DNA from: Candidatus Latescibacterota bacterium
GTDB taxonomy: Bacteria; Latescibacterota; UBA2968
Direction of reading: 5' to 3'
Length of the DNA stretch: 64,000 nucleotides
NCBI GenBank assembly: GCA_965204745.1
Contig: OZ242010.1
Coordinates: 480,001 to 544,000, forward strand
The notes beneath the pieces are model-generated. The model saw nothing but the letters and a program-made list of their open reading frames with translations, ran no database searches and had not been told where the DNA came from. Below, piece by piece: positions 51,551 through 62,532 of this stretch. Each line of letters opens with the position of its first letter. The stretch's first letter is position 1. A program made the translations under genes and the position numbers.

Positions 51551-52360
51551 TCATCCGCCGCTGCCAAACGCACGGACAAAGGCGAGAAAGTCATTAAAAT
51601 CAATGCGTCCGCCGCTCGAATTGAGATCCATGCGGGCATCGTAACCTTCGTCCCCCGGTGCTTTGCCAAACGCACCGGCAAAGGCGAGAAAGTCCGTAAA
51701 ATCGACTTTTCCATCCCCATTAAAATCAGCAGCCAATGTTCCCCCGCCCGACATTCCCGAACCGGTCGTTTTCGCAAAACTAATCACGATTTTAATTGGA
51801 TCATCTTCGGAAACGTGCTGTTCAAGTGCGCCCCTTGCCAATGCCCTCACGGTCGCGTTTAATGACGATAAGAGCTCATCCAAAAGAAGGGGGCGCATAA
51901 TAAACAAGGAATCCGCTGTCGCCGTGTACGTATAGCGGAGTGTATCTGCATTTTCGCGTGTGATAACGAGTTGGTGGGTATCGGACATGACTGCATAATT
52001 TCCCGTGTATTGGCTCGTATCGGGAACCGAGACCTCAATGGGGAGAAGTAATACTGCACTGATAACAGAGCGTGTGGTATAATCGGCTTGAACTGTGCCA
52101 TCAGAACCAAAAGTTATTGTGCCATGGGTCTCGCCTTCAAATGTGAGCGGGGCGACAGCAGTCACGAGCGCGGCGGGAACATAAGCTCTAAGCGAGGTCA
52201 TCTCCGCTGTCCAAGAACCCGTGAGATCGCCGCCCTGAGGCGGTGGACTCACTGGGAGCACTTCCGCGTCTGCCCGCCCAAACGCGATGCCGAAAATCAG
52301 CGCGAGCGCGAGCAACGCGGTAACGCGCATCTTCGCAATGCCAAAAACTGAACCGTACAT
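51551..52360 (-). CDS. Secreted protein with a C-terminal dockerin/EF-hand-like domain
   Basis: Signal peptide; ADFNGDGKVDFTDFLAFAGAFG...DLNSSGGRIDFNDFLAFVRAFG. Confidence 0.8.
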   Translation of the reverse strand: MYGSVFGIAKMRVTALLALALIFGIAFGRADAEVLPVSPPPQGGDLTGSWTAEMTSLRAYVPAALVTAVAPLTFEGETHGTITFGSDGTVQADYTTRSVISAVLLLPIEVSVPDTSQYTGNYAVMSDTHQLVITRENADTLRYTYTATADSLFIMRPLLLDELLSSLNATVRALARGALEQHVSEDDPIKIVISFAKTTGSGMSGGGTLAADFNGDGKVDFTDFLAFAGAFGKAPGDEGYDARMDLNSSGGRIDFNDFLAFVRAFGSGG

Positions 52361-52569
52361 ACCATTTCCTCCTGTGTTGGGTGTGTCTCCGCTTTCCCGT
52401 TCCGCTTTCCCGTCCGGCTGTCAATTTACGCAATTCGCGCACCCTCTGCAATAGTTTTAAGCGCGGTGGCGACAAAAGGAGCGGATGATCGCTAACTTGT
52501 CATGTTTTGCGTTGCGTGCTATTTTGATACGTAGCTTGCAGAGCAAAGACGCAGGAGAAAGGAGCACGC

Positions 52570-53538
52570 ATGTCGTATTCGGTTCTCGTGGATGTGGATC
52601 TGCCAGATGAAATTTTGGACATGACGCACAATCGCTGTGACCTCCGCATCTTGGCGCAAGAAAACCTCCGCATCTTGGCGCACGGGCATGTTTTGGACGA
52701 TCAATTCGCGCGGGCACAGGGGTTGCTCACGTATGGGCATCCGATCATCGATGGCGCGTTTATGGATCGCATGCCCAATTTGAAAGTCATCAGCAATTTT
52801 GGCGTTGGCGTGGATCACATCGACCTGTCCGCCGCCAAACAGCGCGGCATTCCCGTGGGCAACACGCCGAATATGCTCGATGGCGCGACCGCAGACATGA
52901 CCTTTGCCATGCTCATGGCCGCCGCGCGCAACATCGTCATTGGCGACCGCTTTGCCCGCAGCGCGGCTTTTACCCACTACGACCCGCGCATTTTGATCGG
53001 CTACGAAGTTCACGGCACGACATTGGGGATTATCGGCATGGGCAATATCGGGCGGCAGGTCGCGCGCCGGGCATCGGGATTTGACATGCACATCCTCTAC
53101 CACAACCGCAAGCCCGATCCCAAAGCCGAGGCCGAATTGGGCGCGACTTACGCTTCGCTCGATGACCTGCTCGCGCAATCGGACTTTGTGACCCTGAACG
53201 TGCCCTTGACGGATGAAACGCGCAATATGATCGGCAGGGATCAACTCCAGCGCATGAAGAAAACCGCCATCTTGGTCAATCTGGCGCGCGGTGGCATTGT
53301 CGATCACGGCGCACTCGCCGAAGCCCTCGAGAACAACTGGATCGCGGCAGCCGCGCTCGACGTGACCGAACCGGAACCGCTCCCGCGCGACCATCCCCTC
53401 TTGGCGAGAGACAATGTGATCATCGCGCCCCATCTAGGCAGTGCCACGCGCCAAACCCGCCTCGCCATGGCCCAACGCACCGTGGATAACCTCCTCGCAG
53501 GACTCTCGGGAAAGCCGTTGATCACTGCGGTGGTGTAA
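52570..53538 (+). CDS. D-2-hydroxyacid dehydrogenase (glyoxylate reductase / D-glycerate dehydrogenase)
   Basis: GVGVDHID, GIIGMGNIG, VNLARG, LDVTEPEP, PHLGSAT. Confidence 0.93.
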   Translation: MSYSVLVDVDLPDEILDMTHNRCDLRILAQENLRILAHGHVLDDQFARAQGLLTYGHPIIDGAFMDRMPNLKVISNFGVGVDHIDLSAAKQRGIPVGNTPNMLDGATADMTFAMLMAAARNIVIGDRFARSAAFTHYDPRILIGYEVHGTTLGIIGMGNIGRQVARRASGFDMHILYHNRKPDPKAEAELGATYASLDDLLAQSDFVTLNVPLTDETRNMIGRDQLQRMKKTAILVNLARGGIVDHGALAEALENNWIAAAALDVTEPEPLPRDHPLLARDNVIIAPHLGSATRQTRLAMAQRTVDNLLAGLSGKPLITAVV

Positions 53539-53767
53539 AAAGCAACTACGGGGATGAACACGGATAAACGCAGATGAAAAACCACCTGCCATCATTCCGG
53601 CGCATGCAAGCACGGGCGTAGCTACAATAAAAAAAAATAATCATGCACGGTATTTGAAACGAAACAGGAAAAGACGTGTATATTAGGACAAAGACATGCT
53701 ATATTATACCAAATTGAATTGCTGTTGTCCTGATGAGAGATGTTGTTAGCAAGAGGTTCGGTTCCTT

Positions 53768-54072
53768 TGACGTTATACATTCAGAGAAGCCCTTGCAACA
53801 ATGCCCTCGCAAAACACCCTCCGATCAAGCCATCACGCACAGCGCGCAAGGCCGTCTCGCAACCAATGTCCATTATGCAACCTACTTTGCAGGCTGACGC
53901 ATATCGTTCTGTTACAAAAGCGATTTGCGCTGTGCAAGCCTCTCGGCGTTTGAGAGCGGCATTTTTGAACTGCTGGGGCAGTTGTACCCCGCTCGCTTAC
54001 TTTTTTTGCTGTTGAAAAAAAGTAAGTCGCCGAAGGCATCGAAGGCAACAACCGAGGATGCAGAACCAAACG
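53768..54072. repeat. ~280-300-bp dispersed non-coding repeat, copy 1
   Basis: Highly similar to 61993-62272. Confidence 0.9.
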
Positions 54073-54221
54073 TTTTAGACAAGCAATGTCTGTTCCTCAT
54101 TCATCCCTGATGGGAAGCGGGATACGGACAACCTAAGATCAAATTGGTATTACACGCAGAAAGAACGACCCAACTGCAAATCCCCAAATCCCGAAAATCC
54201 TCAACCCGAAAATCCCGATCT

Positions 54222-54593
54222 GTGACCAATATACTATTCATTGCCAGCGGCGGTGCGCTGGGGGCTGTTTTGCGCTACGGGATGTCCATGGGCATCCACA
54301 GCTTATTTGGACGCGGGTTTCCTTATGGCACGCTTGGGGTGAATATCATCGGATCGATTCTTATGGGATTGCTTTATATTGTGCTGTCCGAACACATGAA
54401 TGGGGAAGCGTGGCGCGCTGGCGCGATGATCGGCTTGCTCGGCGCGTTCACGACTTTTTCCACCTTTTCCCTTGAAACCCTGAACTTGCTGGAATCGGGC
54501 GACCATGTTCTGGCCGCTGTGAATGTCATTTTGAGCGTCACCCTCTGCATCGCAGGATGCTGGATAGGCATTGTGCTCGGCAGAATGATATAG
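54222..54593 (+). CDS. crcB: Fluoride efflux channel FluC
   Basis: GGALGAVLRY, FPYGTLGVN, GAFTTFSTFS. Confidence 0.95.
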   Translation: MTNILFIASGGALGAVLRYGMSMGIHSLFGRGFPYGTLGVNIIGSILMGLLYIVLSEHMNGEAWRAGAMIGLLGAFTTFSTFSLETLNLLESGDHVLAAVNVILSVTLCIAGCWIGIVLGRMI

Positions 54594-54621
54594 TATCTCT
54601 GCGTGCAACAAATCGCAAAGT

Positions 54622-54773
54622 ATTCGCGGCATGCGGATTACCGTCGATGTGCTCGACCATCTCGCTTCGGGTATGTCTAAAAAGAAATCTTGAACGACTT
54701 CCCCGATCTCACGCGAGAGGATATTCGCGCTTGTTTGGCTTATGTTGCGGATAGAGAACGCCGCAAAGTTTAA
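54622..54773 (+). pseudogene. DUF433 antitoxin-like remnant (5'-truncated, frameshifted)
   Basis: IRGMRITVDVLDHLASGMS / KEILNDFPDLTREDIRACLAYVADRE. Confidence 0.8.
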
Positions 54774-54788
54774 GAGGAGGAAAATCAC

Positions 54789-56042
54789 ATGGTGCAGCGC
54801 ATTATTGCTATTGGCTTGATTTTTATTGGCGTCACGGTCGCATGGATGATTTTGGGGGCGGCTGTGCAATTTCGCACGGAGACGCAGGATGACAAGCTCA
54901 AAAGTGAAGTGAGTTCGCTTTGGGGCATGCCGCAGACGCAACAGGCGCCGCGAATCTATTGGTTGGAGCGCGTGGACCATACCGAGGCCAGTGCCACGAG
55001 TGCAGAGGTCAGCACCAAGGCCGAACTCGCCGCGCGCATGGTAGAGGAAAGACGCTACCTGAACCTGAAAGCCAGCCGCATCGAAGTCGATTTGTCGATG
55101 GAGCATCGGCGCAAGGGCTTGCTGTGGTACGCGGTCTATCAAGTCCAATTCGATGCCGCGTACACCGTCGCCAACACCACGGACCAAAGCCGGACCGTGT
55201 ACTTCGATTTGGAACTGCCCACGCCACGCGCTGTGTACGACGCGTTCACCTTGCGCGTAGGGGAGCAGGCTGTCGCCGATTTGCCCATCCGCGATGGTCG
55301 CCTCGTCCAATCCATCCAGTTGGCGCCAGGGGAAGAACGCCCGGTGGCCGTGTCCTATCGCTCGCAGGGCATGGATCAATGGCGGTACGGATTTGGTCAC
55401 CACGTCAACCAAGTGTCAAATTTCGAGTTGGTGATGCACACGGGCTTTGCGGACATCGACTTTCCGCAAGAGAGCATGTCCCCCACGACCAAGACGCAAA
55501 ATGGGGATGCGTGGACCCTGACGTGGCGGTACGACCACCTCCTCACCGGCGTGGATTTGGGGATGATCTTGCCCGCGCGCCTCAACCCCGGCCCGTGGGT
55601 CAGCCAAGTCGTCTTTGCCGCGCCCATCTCCCTGTTCCTGTTCTTCTTTTTGCTCTTTGTCTTTAGCACGGTGCGCGCCCTCAATCTGCACCCGATGCAC
55701 TACTTCTTCTTGGCCGCCGCGTTTTTCAGTTTTCACCTGTTGCTGGCCTATTTGGTGGATCATCTGCTCATCCACTACGCTTTTATTTTTGGATCGGCAG
55801 TCTCGATTTTCCTCGTCATCTCGTACATGCGGATCATTTTGGGCGCGCGCTTGGCCTTTGTCGAAATTGGCCTGGGGCAGTTCATCTACCTCGTGCTGTT
55901 CTCCTACACCTTTTTCTTTCAAGGCTACACCGGCCTGACCATCACCCTGCTAGGCATCGCCACCCTGTTCGCCGCCATGCAATTCACGGCCCGCGTGGAC
56001 TGGGCTACGGTGTTCCAGAAAAAAGTGGTCGATAGTCAATAG
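54789..56042 (+). CDS. CreD-like inner membrane protein
   Basis: N-terminal TM, periplasmic domain, LHPMHY, six C-terminal TMs. Confidence 0.7.
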   Translation: MVQRIIAIGLIFIGVTVAWMILGAAVQFRTETQDDKLKSEVSSLWGMPQTQQAPRIYWLERVDHTEASATSAEVSTKAELAARMVEERRYLNLKASRIEVDLSMEHRRKGLLWYAVYQVQFDAAYTVANTTDQSRTVYFDLELPTPRAVYDAFTLRVGEQAVADLPIRDGRLVQSIQLAPGEERPVAVSYRSQGMDQWRYGFGHHVNQVSNFELVMHTGFADIDFPQESMSPTTKTQNGDAWTLTWRYDHLLTGVDLGMILPARLNPGPWVSQVVFAAPISLFLFFFLLFVFSTVRALNLHPMHYFFLAAAFFSFHLLLAYLVDHLLIHYAFIFGSAVSIFLVISYMRIILGARLAFVEIGLGQFIYLVLFSYTFFFQGYTGLTITLLGIATLFAAMQFTARVDWATVFQKKVVDSQ

Positions 56043-56074
56043 CCGTTCTTTCGCTTGTGAGAACATTTGCCCTC

Positions 56075-56267
56075 TTGTATCTTTGGGCGAGCACGGGGGC
56101 ATCGCCTAAAAAGGTGAGAAGTGAGAGGCAAGACGGGAGAAGACCTACACTCACTGCTCGCCTTTTGTGCCTTTTGTGCCTTTTGTGGCTATCGCCTTTT
56201 GTGCCTTTGAACTGGCTATCGCCAGTTGTACCCCGCTCGTGGCTATAAACTCCCATCTCCCATCTCA
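56075..56267. repeat. Modular intergenic repeat (REP interrupted by heptamers + gamma + beta + delta)
   Basis: gggcgagcacgggggcatcgcc...(ccttttgtg)n...ggctatcgccagttgtaccccgctcgt. Confidence 0.9.
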
Positions 56268-56300
56268 CGTCTGTCACCATTCATCTTTGGACGCATCTCA

Positions 56301-56615
56301 ATGACCCAGTATCTCTTTAACTCTTTTGGCCTGTGGATCGCCTTTAAGCGCGATGAGTACGTGTTTGATGCCGGAGGCAACTGGATCGGTTGGACGCCCT
56401 GGAATGACGGGGAGGTCGTCAGCCCGAATGGCGAGTACCTCGGCACCATAACGCAACACAACCGCCTGTATCGGTTCAGCAACCGGGTCAACAGAGGGTA
56501 TCCGGGCTATCCGGGCTATCCGGGCTATCCGGATTATCCGGGTTATCCGGGTTATCCAGGCGATTCTCCATTGCCGACATTTGCCGAAGATATCGAAGAA
56601 CTGGAAACGGTTTGA
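56301..56615 (+). CDS. Beta-flower-like small protein with a (GYP)n tail
   Basis: YLFNSFG.WIAF...VFDAGGNWIGW...GEYLG beta-hairpin repeats; seven G/D-Y-P units at 56496-56558. Confidence 0.7.
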   Translation: MTQYLFNSFGLWIAFKRDEYVFDAGGNWIGWTPWNDGEVVSPNGEYLGTITQHNRLYRFSNRVNRGYPGYPGYPGYPDYPGYPGYPGDSPLPTFAEDIEELETV

Positions 56616-57304
56616 TGCCATCGCGCTTTCATCACTATCCCGCTGAGCCAAATTGTCATCAGTGTGGGAATGCCTATACCCTCCTTTGCAATACGCACGA
56701 TACGTCGAGTTCCTTCCTCGAAATTTTCGACACAAAGGCGCGCAGGGTTAGCGAGGTGCCCACGGATGAAGATCAAGACCTTCTCCGAGCAATGCTCACC
56801 TTCGCTTGCGCGGGTCTCGATTCTCTGGTCAAGCAACTGATCAAGGATGCCTTGCCCGATGTGATCAACTGCAATGAAGGTGCAGAGCGAATGTTCCGCA
56901 CGGATATTGAGCGGAGAATCCGCAGCGGAGAAGATATTGACGCCAAGTTTCTCGCGGATGTTCTCACTCAGACGAGCCCACGGGAGAGACTGATTGAGAT
57001 TCTAATTGCCGATCTCACCACGCAGAGCTTGCAGTCGAAAAATCAACTGCTGAGGGCAGGTGCATTTTTCGATATCCAGTCCCGTTCGATCACGAGCAAC
57101 CCAGACCGCTTAGATCGAATATTCACGGCACGCAACCAGATTGTCCACGAAATGGATATCGATTTCTCACCGAGCAACAGAAATAGGCGTGCGCGAACCA
57201 AAGCGGCAATGGTCGCTGACGCGAATGAGATCTTCAGGGTATCAAAAATTTTTTTGGAAGAGGTAGATCGCCAACTTTGGCGTCTCCCCGATAATCCCTC
57301 GTAG
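56612..57304 (+). CDS. HEPN domain protein (putative RNase)
   Basis: RNQIVH R-X4-H motif; DLLRAML.FACAGLD helix. Confidence 0.75.
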   Translation: MMPSRFHHYPAEPNCHQCGNAYTLLCNTHDTSSSFLEIFDTKARRVSEVPTDEDQDLLRAMLTFACAGLDSLVKQLIKDALPDVINCNEGAERMFRTDIERRIRSGEDIDAKFLADVLTQTSPRERLIEILIADLTTQSLQSKNQLLRAGAFFDIQSRSITSNPDRLDRIFTARNQIVHEMDIDFSPSNRNRRARTKAAMVADANEIFRVSKIFLEEVDRQLWRLPDNPS

Positions 57305-57368
57305 ATAAGTTCTGCGAGGGCGCATTTTATTTTCGCTGTCTTTTGCGATAAAATAAGGAATCACTACC

Positions 57369-58799
57369 ATGGGTATTTCAGTCGAAAAAATTGACCTCAA
57401 TATTTTGAACATGCACACGCGCTTTCCGTTTAAGTACGGGATCGCATCGCTGGTGGCATTGCCCCATTTGTTTGTGCGGGCGCGGGTCAATGTCGATGGC
57501 GCGAGGGAAATTGGCTTGGCCGCGGATGGCTTGCCGCCCAAGTGGTTCACGAAAAATCCCGACGCGCCATTTGAGGACGATCTCGATGAAATGCTGACCG
57601 CGATCCAACGGGCGTGCGATTTCGCGTTGCAAACCGACGCCGGGGATTCTGCGTTTGATTTTTGGCAACAGGTCTATGCCGCGCAACGTACATGGGCGCG
57701 GGGAACGGCCTATCCCCCGCTGTTGTGGGCGTTTGGGGTCAGCATGGTCGAGCGTGCCGTAATCGATGCGTTTTGTCGGGCCAAAGGGATGACATTTGTG
57801 CGGGCTGTGCGAGAAAACGCGCTAGGCATTCGCTTGGGCGATATTCACGCCGAGTTGGCGGGGTGCGCGCCCGGGGATTTGCTGATGCCATCGGCGCGGC
57901 AGTCGATCACCGTGCGACACACCGTAGGGCTGGCCGATCCGCTAACCGATGCCGACATCGCAACCGGGGATCGCGTGGATGATGGCTTGCCCCAATCGCT
58001 GGCCGCGAATATCGAGACCTATCAGTTGACGCATTTGAAAATCAAGTTGTGCGGGGATGCGGGGCGGGATTTGGATCGGCTTCGGCAAATCGCGGGCTTG
58101 ATGGGCAATCGATGCGCGTTCACGCTCGATGGCAACGAGCAGTACACCGAGGTCGAACCGTTCAGAAAATTGTGGGAGACCCTCCAAGGCGACGCGGAGT
58201 TGTCGCGCTTTCTCAACGGACTGCTCTTTGTGGAGCAACCGCTGCACCGCGACAGCGCGTTGGGTTCAGAGGTCAAATTGATGGATTGGACGGATCGCCC
58301 GCCGATGATCATCGACGAGTCGGATGGCGCGCTCGACAGCGCGGTTCGGGCATTGGAATGCGGGTACGTGGGCACGAGCCACAAAAATTGCAAGGGCGTT
58401 TTTAAGGGCGTTGCCAATGCGTGCTTGATGGCGCACCGGCGAAGGCGCGATCCTTCGGGAACGTATATTTTGAGCAGCGAGGACCTCGCCAATGTGGGCC
58501 CGGTCGCGCTGTTGCAAGACCTCGCCGCGCTGGCCGTTCTGGGCGTGGATCACGCCGAGCGCAATGGGCATCACTATTTCGCGGGCTTGGGGATGTATCC
58601 TGAAGCGGTTCAAAGCCAAGTGCTGGCGCGCCACGCCTCGTTGTACCGCCAACACGCGCAGGGGTTTCCCGTGTTGGACGTCCGCAATGGCGCGCTGAAT
58701 TTAGAGAGCGTGATCGACGCGCCGTTTGGGTACGGCTTTGATCTGGATACGCTTCAATTTACCCCCCTCGCGGATTGGACAGCGGCTTCACTGGGGTAG
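57369..58799 (+). CDS. Enolase-superfamily-like protein of unknown substrate
   Basis: HLKIKL (KxK), TLDGNEQY, FVEQP, IIDESD. Confidence 0.75.
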   Translation: MGISVEKIDLNILNMHTRFPFKYGIASLVALPHLFVRARVNVDGAREIGLAADGLPPKWFTKNPDAPFEDDLDEMLTAIQRACDFALQTDAGDSAFDFWQQVYAAQRTWARGTAYPPLLWAFGVSMVERAVIDAFCRAKGMTFVRAVRENALGIRLGDIHAELAGCAPGDLLMPSARQSITVRHTVGLADPLTDADIATGDRVDDGLPQSLAANIETYQLTHLKIKLCGDAGRDLDRLRQIAGLMGNRCAFTLDGNEQYTEVEPFRKLWETLQGDAELSRFLNGLLFVEQPLHRDSALGSEVKLMDWTDRPPMIIDESDGALDSAVRALECGYVGTSHKNCKGVFKGVANACLMAHRRRRDPSGTYILSSEDLANVGPVALLQDLAALAVLGVDHAERNGHHYFAGLGMYPEAVQSQVLARHASLYRQHAQGFPVLDVRNGALNLESVIDAPFGYGFDLDTLQFTPLADWTAASLG

Positions 58800-58978
58800 A
58801 GTCGGACAGCGCAACAAAACATGTGGTCGGGCCATCCATCGCTTTGGGCGGCAGGGTGGAGGCTGAACGCCGATGGTTTCTTTTCCGCATTTTTCATTGA
58901 CAATCCCCATGGTTTATCTTAGGTTTAGGTCAACTTCAAAACGCATTTCCTCGCACGACTGCTCCGCATCCTACCTCC

Positions 58979-59070
58979 TTGTATCTTTGGGTGAGCACGG
59001 GGGCATCGCCCCTACACATATCGCTCACCTTTTGTGCCTTTTGTGCCTTTTGTGGCTAAAATCCCATCTC
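58979..59070. repeat. Modular intergenic repeat (REP + gamma + delta) in the rho leader
   Basis: gagcacgggggcatcgcccctacac...(ccttttgtg)3gctaaaatcccatctc. Confidence 0.9.
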
Positions 59071-59190
59071 GCGTCTTCGCAGCATCTCCACAATCCATTG
59101 CACGATGATCCGCCTCCACGCCCCATCCCGCAGGGTGCTTTTTCGCATGCCGCGCTTCCCCTCTCTTGTCCATTCCATTAGGAATTTCCC

Positions 59191-60468
59191 ATGGCAGTGA
59201 CCGAAGAAAAACTCAACATGTTCGAGTTGCAGGCCCTCAGCATTCCCGAACTCGACAAACACGCGCAAACCCTCCGCATTCCCGGGTCGAGCAACCTGCG
59301 GAAACAGGAACTCATCTTCTCCATTCTCCAGAGCCAAACCGCAAGAAGTGGGCGCATCTTTGCACAAGGCGTGATCGAAGTTCTCGAAGATGGATTTGGG
59401 TTTCTCAGATCGCCGAAGTACAATTATTTGCCCGGCTCGGACGACATCTATGTGGGGCATTCGCAGATCAAACGCTTCAACCTGCGAACCGGGGACACCA
59501 TCTCTGGGCATATTCGCCCGCCGCGAGGAGATGAAAAATACTTCGCGCTCATTCGCGTTGAGGCCATCAATTTTGAAGACCCAGAGATCGCAAAACAAAA
59601 AATTCTGTTCGACAATCTCACGCCGCTCCATCCTCAAGAACGCATCGATCTCGAGTACGACCCGCAAGACCTTTCCACGCGGATCATGAACCTCCTCACG
59701 CCCGTTGGCAAGGGGCAGCGCGGCCTGATCGTCGCGCCTCCGTTCACGGGCAAGACCATGCTCTTGCAAAAAATTGCCAATGCCATTACGACGAATCATC
59801 CGGAGATCACGCTCATCGTGCTCCTGATTGACGAGCGTCCAGAAGAGGTCACAGACATGACCCGGTCAGTCGAGGGCGAGGTCGTGAGTTCCACGTTTGA
59901 CGAACCCCCTTTCCGGCATGTGCAAGTTGCCGATATAGTGATCGACAAAGCCAAGCGGTTGGTCGAGCATCAGCAGGATGTGGTCATTTTGCTCGACAGC
60001 ATCACCCGGTTGGCGCGGGCGTATAACACGGTTGCCCCGCACAGCGGGCGCATTCTCTCCGGCGGCTTGGATTCGACAGCGATGCAGTGGCCGAAGCAAT
60101 TTTTCGGCGCGGCGCGCAATATCGAGGATGGGGGCAGCCTGACCATTTTGGCAACGGCCCTCGTGGAGACCGGAAGCCGCATGGACGAGGTGATTTTCGA
60201 AGAGTTTAAGGGCACGGGCAACATGGAACTCAAGCTGGACCGCAGGCTCTCCAACCGCCGCATTTTTCCAGCCATTGACGTGTCCATGTCCAGCACGCGC
60301 AAAGAAGAACTCTTGTTGAGCAACAAGGAACTCAACCGGGTTTGGATCTTGCGGAAGTTGCTCAACCAGATGCAACCCTTGGAAGCGATGGAATTTTTCA
60401 CGGAACGCGCCAAGGAAAACCAGACCAATGAAGACTTCCTCAACGCGATGAGCGAACCGGTGCTTTGA
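59191..60468 (+). CDS. rho: Transcription termination factor Rho
   Basis: [42 protein letters not shown]. Confidence 0.98.
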   Translation: MAVTEEKLNMFELQALSIPELDKHAQTLRIPGSSNLRKQELIFSILQSQTARSGRIFAQGVIEVLEDGFGFLRSPKYNYLPGSDDIYVGHSQIKRFNLRTGDTISGHIRPPRGDEKYFALIRVEAINFEDPEIAKQKILFDNLTPLHPQERIDLEYDPQDLSTRIMNLLTPVGKGQRGLIVAPPFTGKTMLLQKIANAITTNHPEITLIVLLIDERPEEVTDMTRSVEGEVVSSTFDEPPFRHVQVADIVIDKAKRLVEHQQDVVILLDSITRLARAYNTVAPHSGRILSGGLDSTAMQWPKQFFGAARNIEDGGSLTILATALVETGSRMDEVIFEEFKGTGNMELKLDRRLSNRRIFPAIDVSMSSTRKEELLLSNKELNRVWILRKLLNQMQPLEAMEFFTERAKENQTNEDFLNAMSEPVL

Positions 60469-60521
60469 GGTCGGGGAAGTTGTACAACGCGATCCATTTC
60501 ACCTTTAAGGAGGACGACGCA

Positions 60522-60788
60522 ATGAAAGCAGAACTCCATCCGGAATACCGAGACGTGATTTTTGAAGACGCCAGCGCGAATCCCCCATTTCGGGTCAAAA
60601 CGCGCTCCACGCGCACGTCTGAAGAAACCATCCAATGGGAGGATGGCAACACCTATCCGCTGATCAAAGTCGAAATCAGTTCGGCCACGCATCCGTTTTT
60701 CACGGGCAAGATGATGCTGGTCGATACCGCGGGTATGGTCGAGCGTTATCGCCGCCGGTATGGGATGACGGACCCCAAAAATGAGTAA
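60522..60788 (+). CDS. rpmE2: 50S ribosomal protein L31 type B
   Basis: [15 protein letters not shown]...[19 protein letters not shown]; no Cys. Confidence 0.93.
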   Translation: MKAELHPEYRDVIFEDASANPPFRVKTRSTRTSEETIQWEDGNTYPLIKVEISSATHPFFTGKMMLVDTAGMVERYRRRYGMTDPKNE

Positions 60789-61878
60789 CCCCCTGTTTGC
60801 ACAGCTCGAAAGCGTCGAGGCGCGGTATCGCGACCTCGGCGAGGAAATGGCGCGGCCCGAAGTCGCCACGGACCCGAGCCGGGTGCGCGAACTCGGCAAG
60901 GAATACCGCGATCTCGAAGAAATCGTGGCGACCTATCGCGCCTATGCCCAAGTGCGCGAAGACTTGGCCGATGCCCATGACATCATCAGCACCTCGGCCG
61001 ATGCCGAGCTCATCGACATGGCGCAACTGGAAAAAGAGGACCTCGCGCAACGAGAAGCCGAGCTGGCTGCAAAGCTCAAACTGCTCTTGATTCCCAAAGA
61101 CCCCAACGACAGCAAAGACACCATCGTGGAAATACGCGCGGGCGCGGGCGGGGATGAGGCCGCGCTTTTTGCGGCGGACCTCCACCGCATGTATTCGCGC
61201 TATGCGGAAAACACCGGGGGGCGTTGCGAGGTCCTCAGTTCAAATCCCACGGGCATCGGCGGGTTCAAAGAAATCATCTTTTTGGTTGTCGGCAATGACA
61301 TCTACGGCAGGCTGAAGTACGAAAGCGGCGTCCACCGCGTGCAGCGCGTCCCGGAAACCGAATCGAGTGGGCGCATTCACACGTCGACCGCGACGGTTGC
61401 GGTTTTGCCCGAAGCCGAAGAGGTCGATATAGCCCTCGATCCCAGCGATCTCAAAATCGACGTGTTCCGCTCGTCAGGCCCTGGCGGGCAAAGCGTCAAC
61501 ACCACGGATTCCGCCGTGCGGATCACCCACATGCCATCGGGCCTTGTCGTGACGTGTCAGGACGAGAAATCGCAGCACAAAAACAGGGCGCGAGCACTCA
61601 AGGTCTTGCGCTCGCGCCTGCTCGATCAGGCCATTTGCGAACAACGCGCCAAAACCGCGGCGGACCGCCGCTCGCAGATCGGCAGCGGCGACCGTAGCGC
61701 GAAAATTCGCACGTACAATTTCCCCCAAGGGCGCGTGACCGACCACCGCATCAAACTCACCCTGCACAGGCTCGAAGATATTCTCGACGGGAATATCGCA
61801 GAACTCATCGACGCCCTCCGCCTGTCCGACCAAACAGAAAGGCTTCAGGGCACCACGGGCATGTCCCGGCGGGTATAA
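60781..61878 (+). CDS. prfA: Peptide chain release factor 1
   Basis: PET motif (RVPETES), [19 protein letters not shown]. Confidence 0.97.
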   Translation: MSNPLFAQLESVEARYRDLGEEMARPEVATDPSRVRELGKEYRDLEEIVATYRAYAQVREDLADAHDIISTSADAELIDMAQLEKEDLAQREAELAAKLKLLLIPKDPNDSKDTIVEIRAGAGGDEAALFAADLHRMYSRYAENTGGRCEVLSSNPTGIGGFKEIIFLVVGNDIYGRLKYESGVHRVQRVPETESSGRIHTSTATVAVLPEAEEVDIALDPSDLKIDVFRSSGPGGQSVNTTDSAVRITHMPSGLVVTCQDEKSQHKNRARALKVLRSRLLDQAICEQRAKTAADRRSQIGSGDRSAKIRTYNFPQGRVTDHRIKLTLHRLEDILDGNIAELIDALRLSDQTERLQGTTGMSRRV

Positions 61879-61992
61879 GCCGAGATGAACGCGGATGCGT
61901 TTTGAACTCGTCCTGCCCTAAATTTCATTAGGTTCTGTTGACATTTACGAGCCATGCACCGGCTTGAGCGGTTTATCGAGAAAATCAAGCCC

Positions 61993-62272
61993 TGACGTTC
62001 CGCAGTTCAAAGAAGGCATCAAACAAGTGCCATCGCAAAACACCCTCCGATCAAGCCATCACGCACAGCGCGCAAGGCCGTCTCGCAACCAATGTCCATT
62101 TTGCAACCCACTTTGCAGGCTGGCGCATGTCGTGCGATTACAAAAGCGTTTTGCGCTGTGCAAGCCCCTCGGCGTTTGAGAGCGGCATTTTTTGCTTACT
62201 TTTTTTTGCTGTTGAAAAAAAGTAAGTCGCCGAAGGCATCGGAGGCAACCAACGAGGCTGTAGGACCAAACG
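61993..62272. repeat. ~280-bp dispersed non-coding repeat, copy 2
   Basis: Highly similar to 53768-54072. Confidence 0.9.
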
Positions 62273-62392
62273 CCTTAAATCAGCAAGCAACACCTTTTAA
62301 TTTGCGCGTAACGTCAAAAAAAATAAAATGTCAACACGACCTATGCCCTTTCCCCTAATTCCCTGTTACGCGCTACGCCTGTCCTTTTGGGA

Positions 62393-62494
62393 AGATGGGA
62401 TTTTAGCCACAAGCGGGGTACAACTGGCGACAGCCAGTTCAAAGGCGAGCAGTGTGTAGGGGCGGCGATGCCCCCGTGCTCGCCCGAAGATACA
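62393..62494. repeat. Modular intergenic repeat (reverse orientation)
   Basis: gatgggattttagccacaagcggggtacaactggcgacagccagttcaaaggcgagcagtgtgtagggg..cgatgcccccgtgctcgccc. Confidence 0.9.
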
Positions 62495-62532
62495 ATGGGA
62501 ATCACGTCTCCCCTCCTCGGGGTGTCCCTCGC

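Noticed and set aside
53700-54221. Fluoride riboswitch upstream of crcB
   Set aside because: I could not find the conserved GGnGAUGG...CUAAUG/CUGAUG-type core by eye and a dispersed repeat occupies the region; an Rfam scan would settle it.
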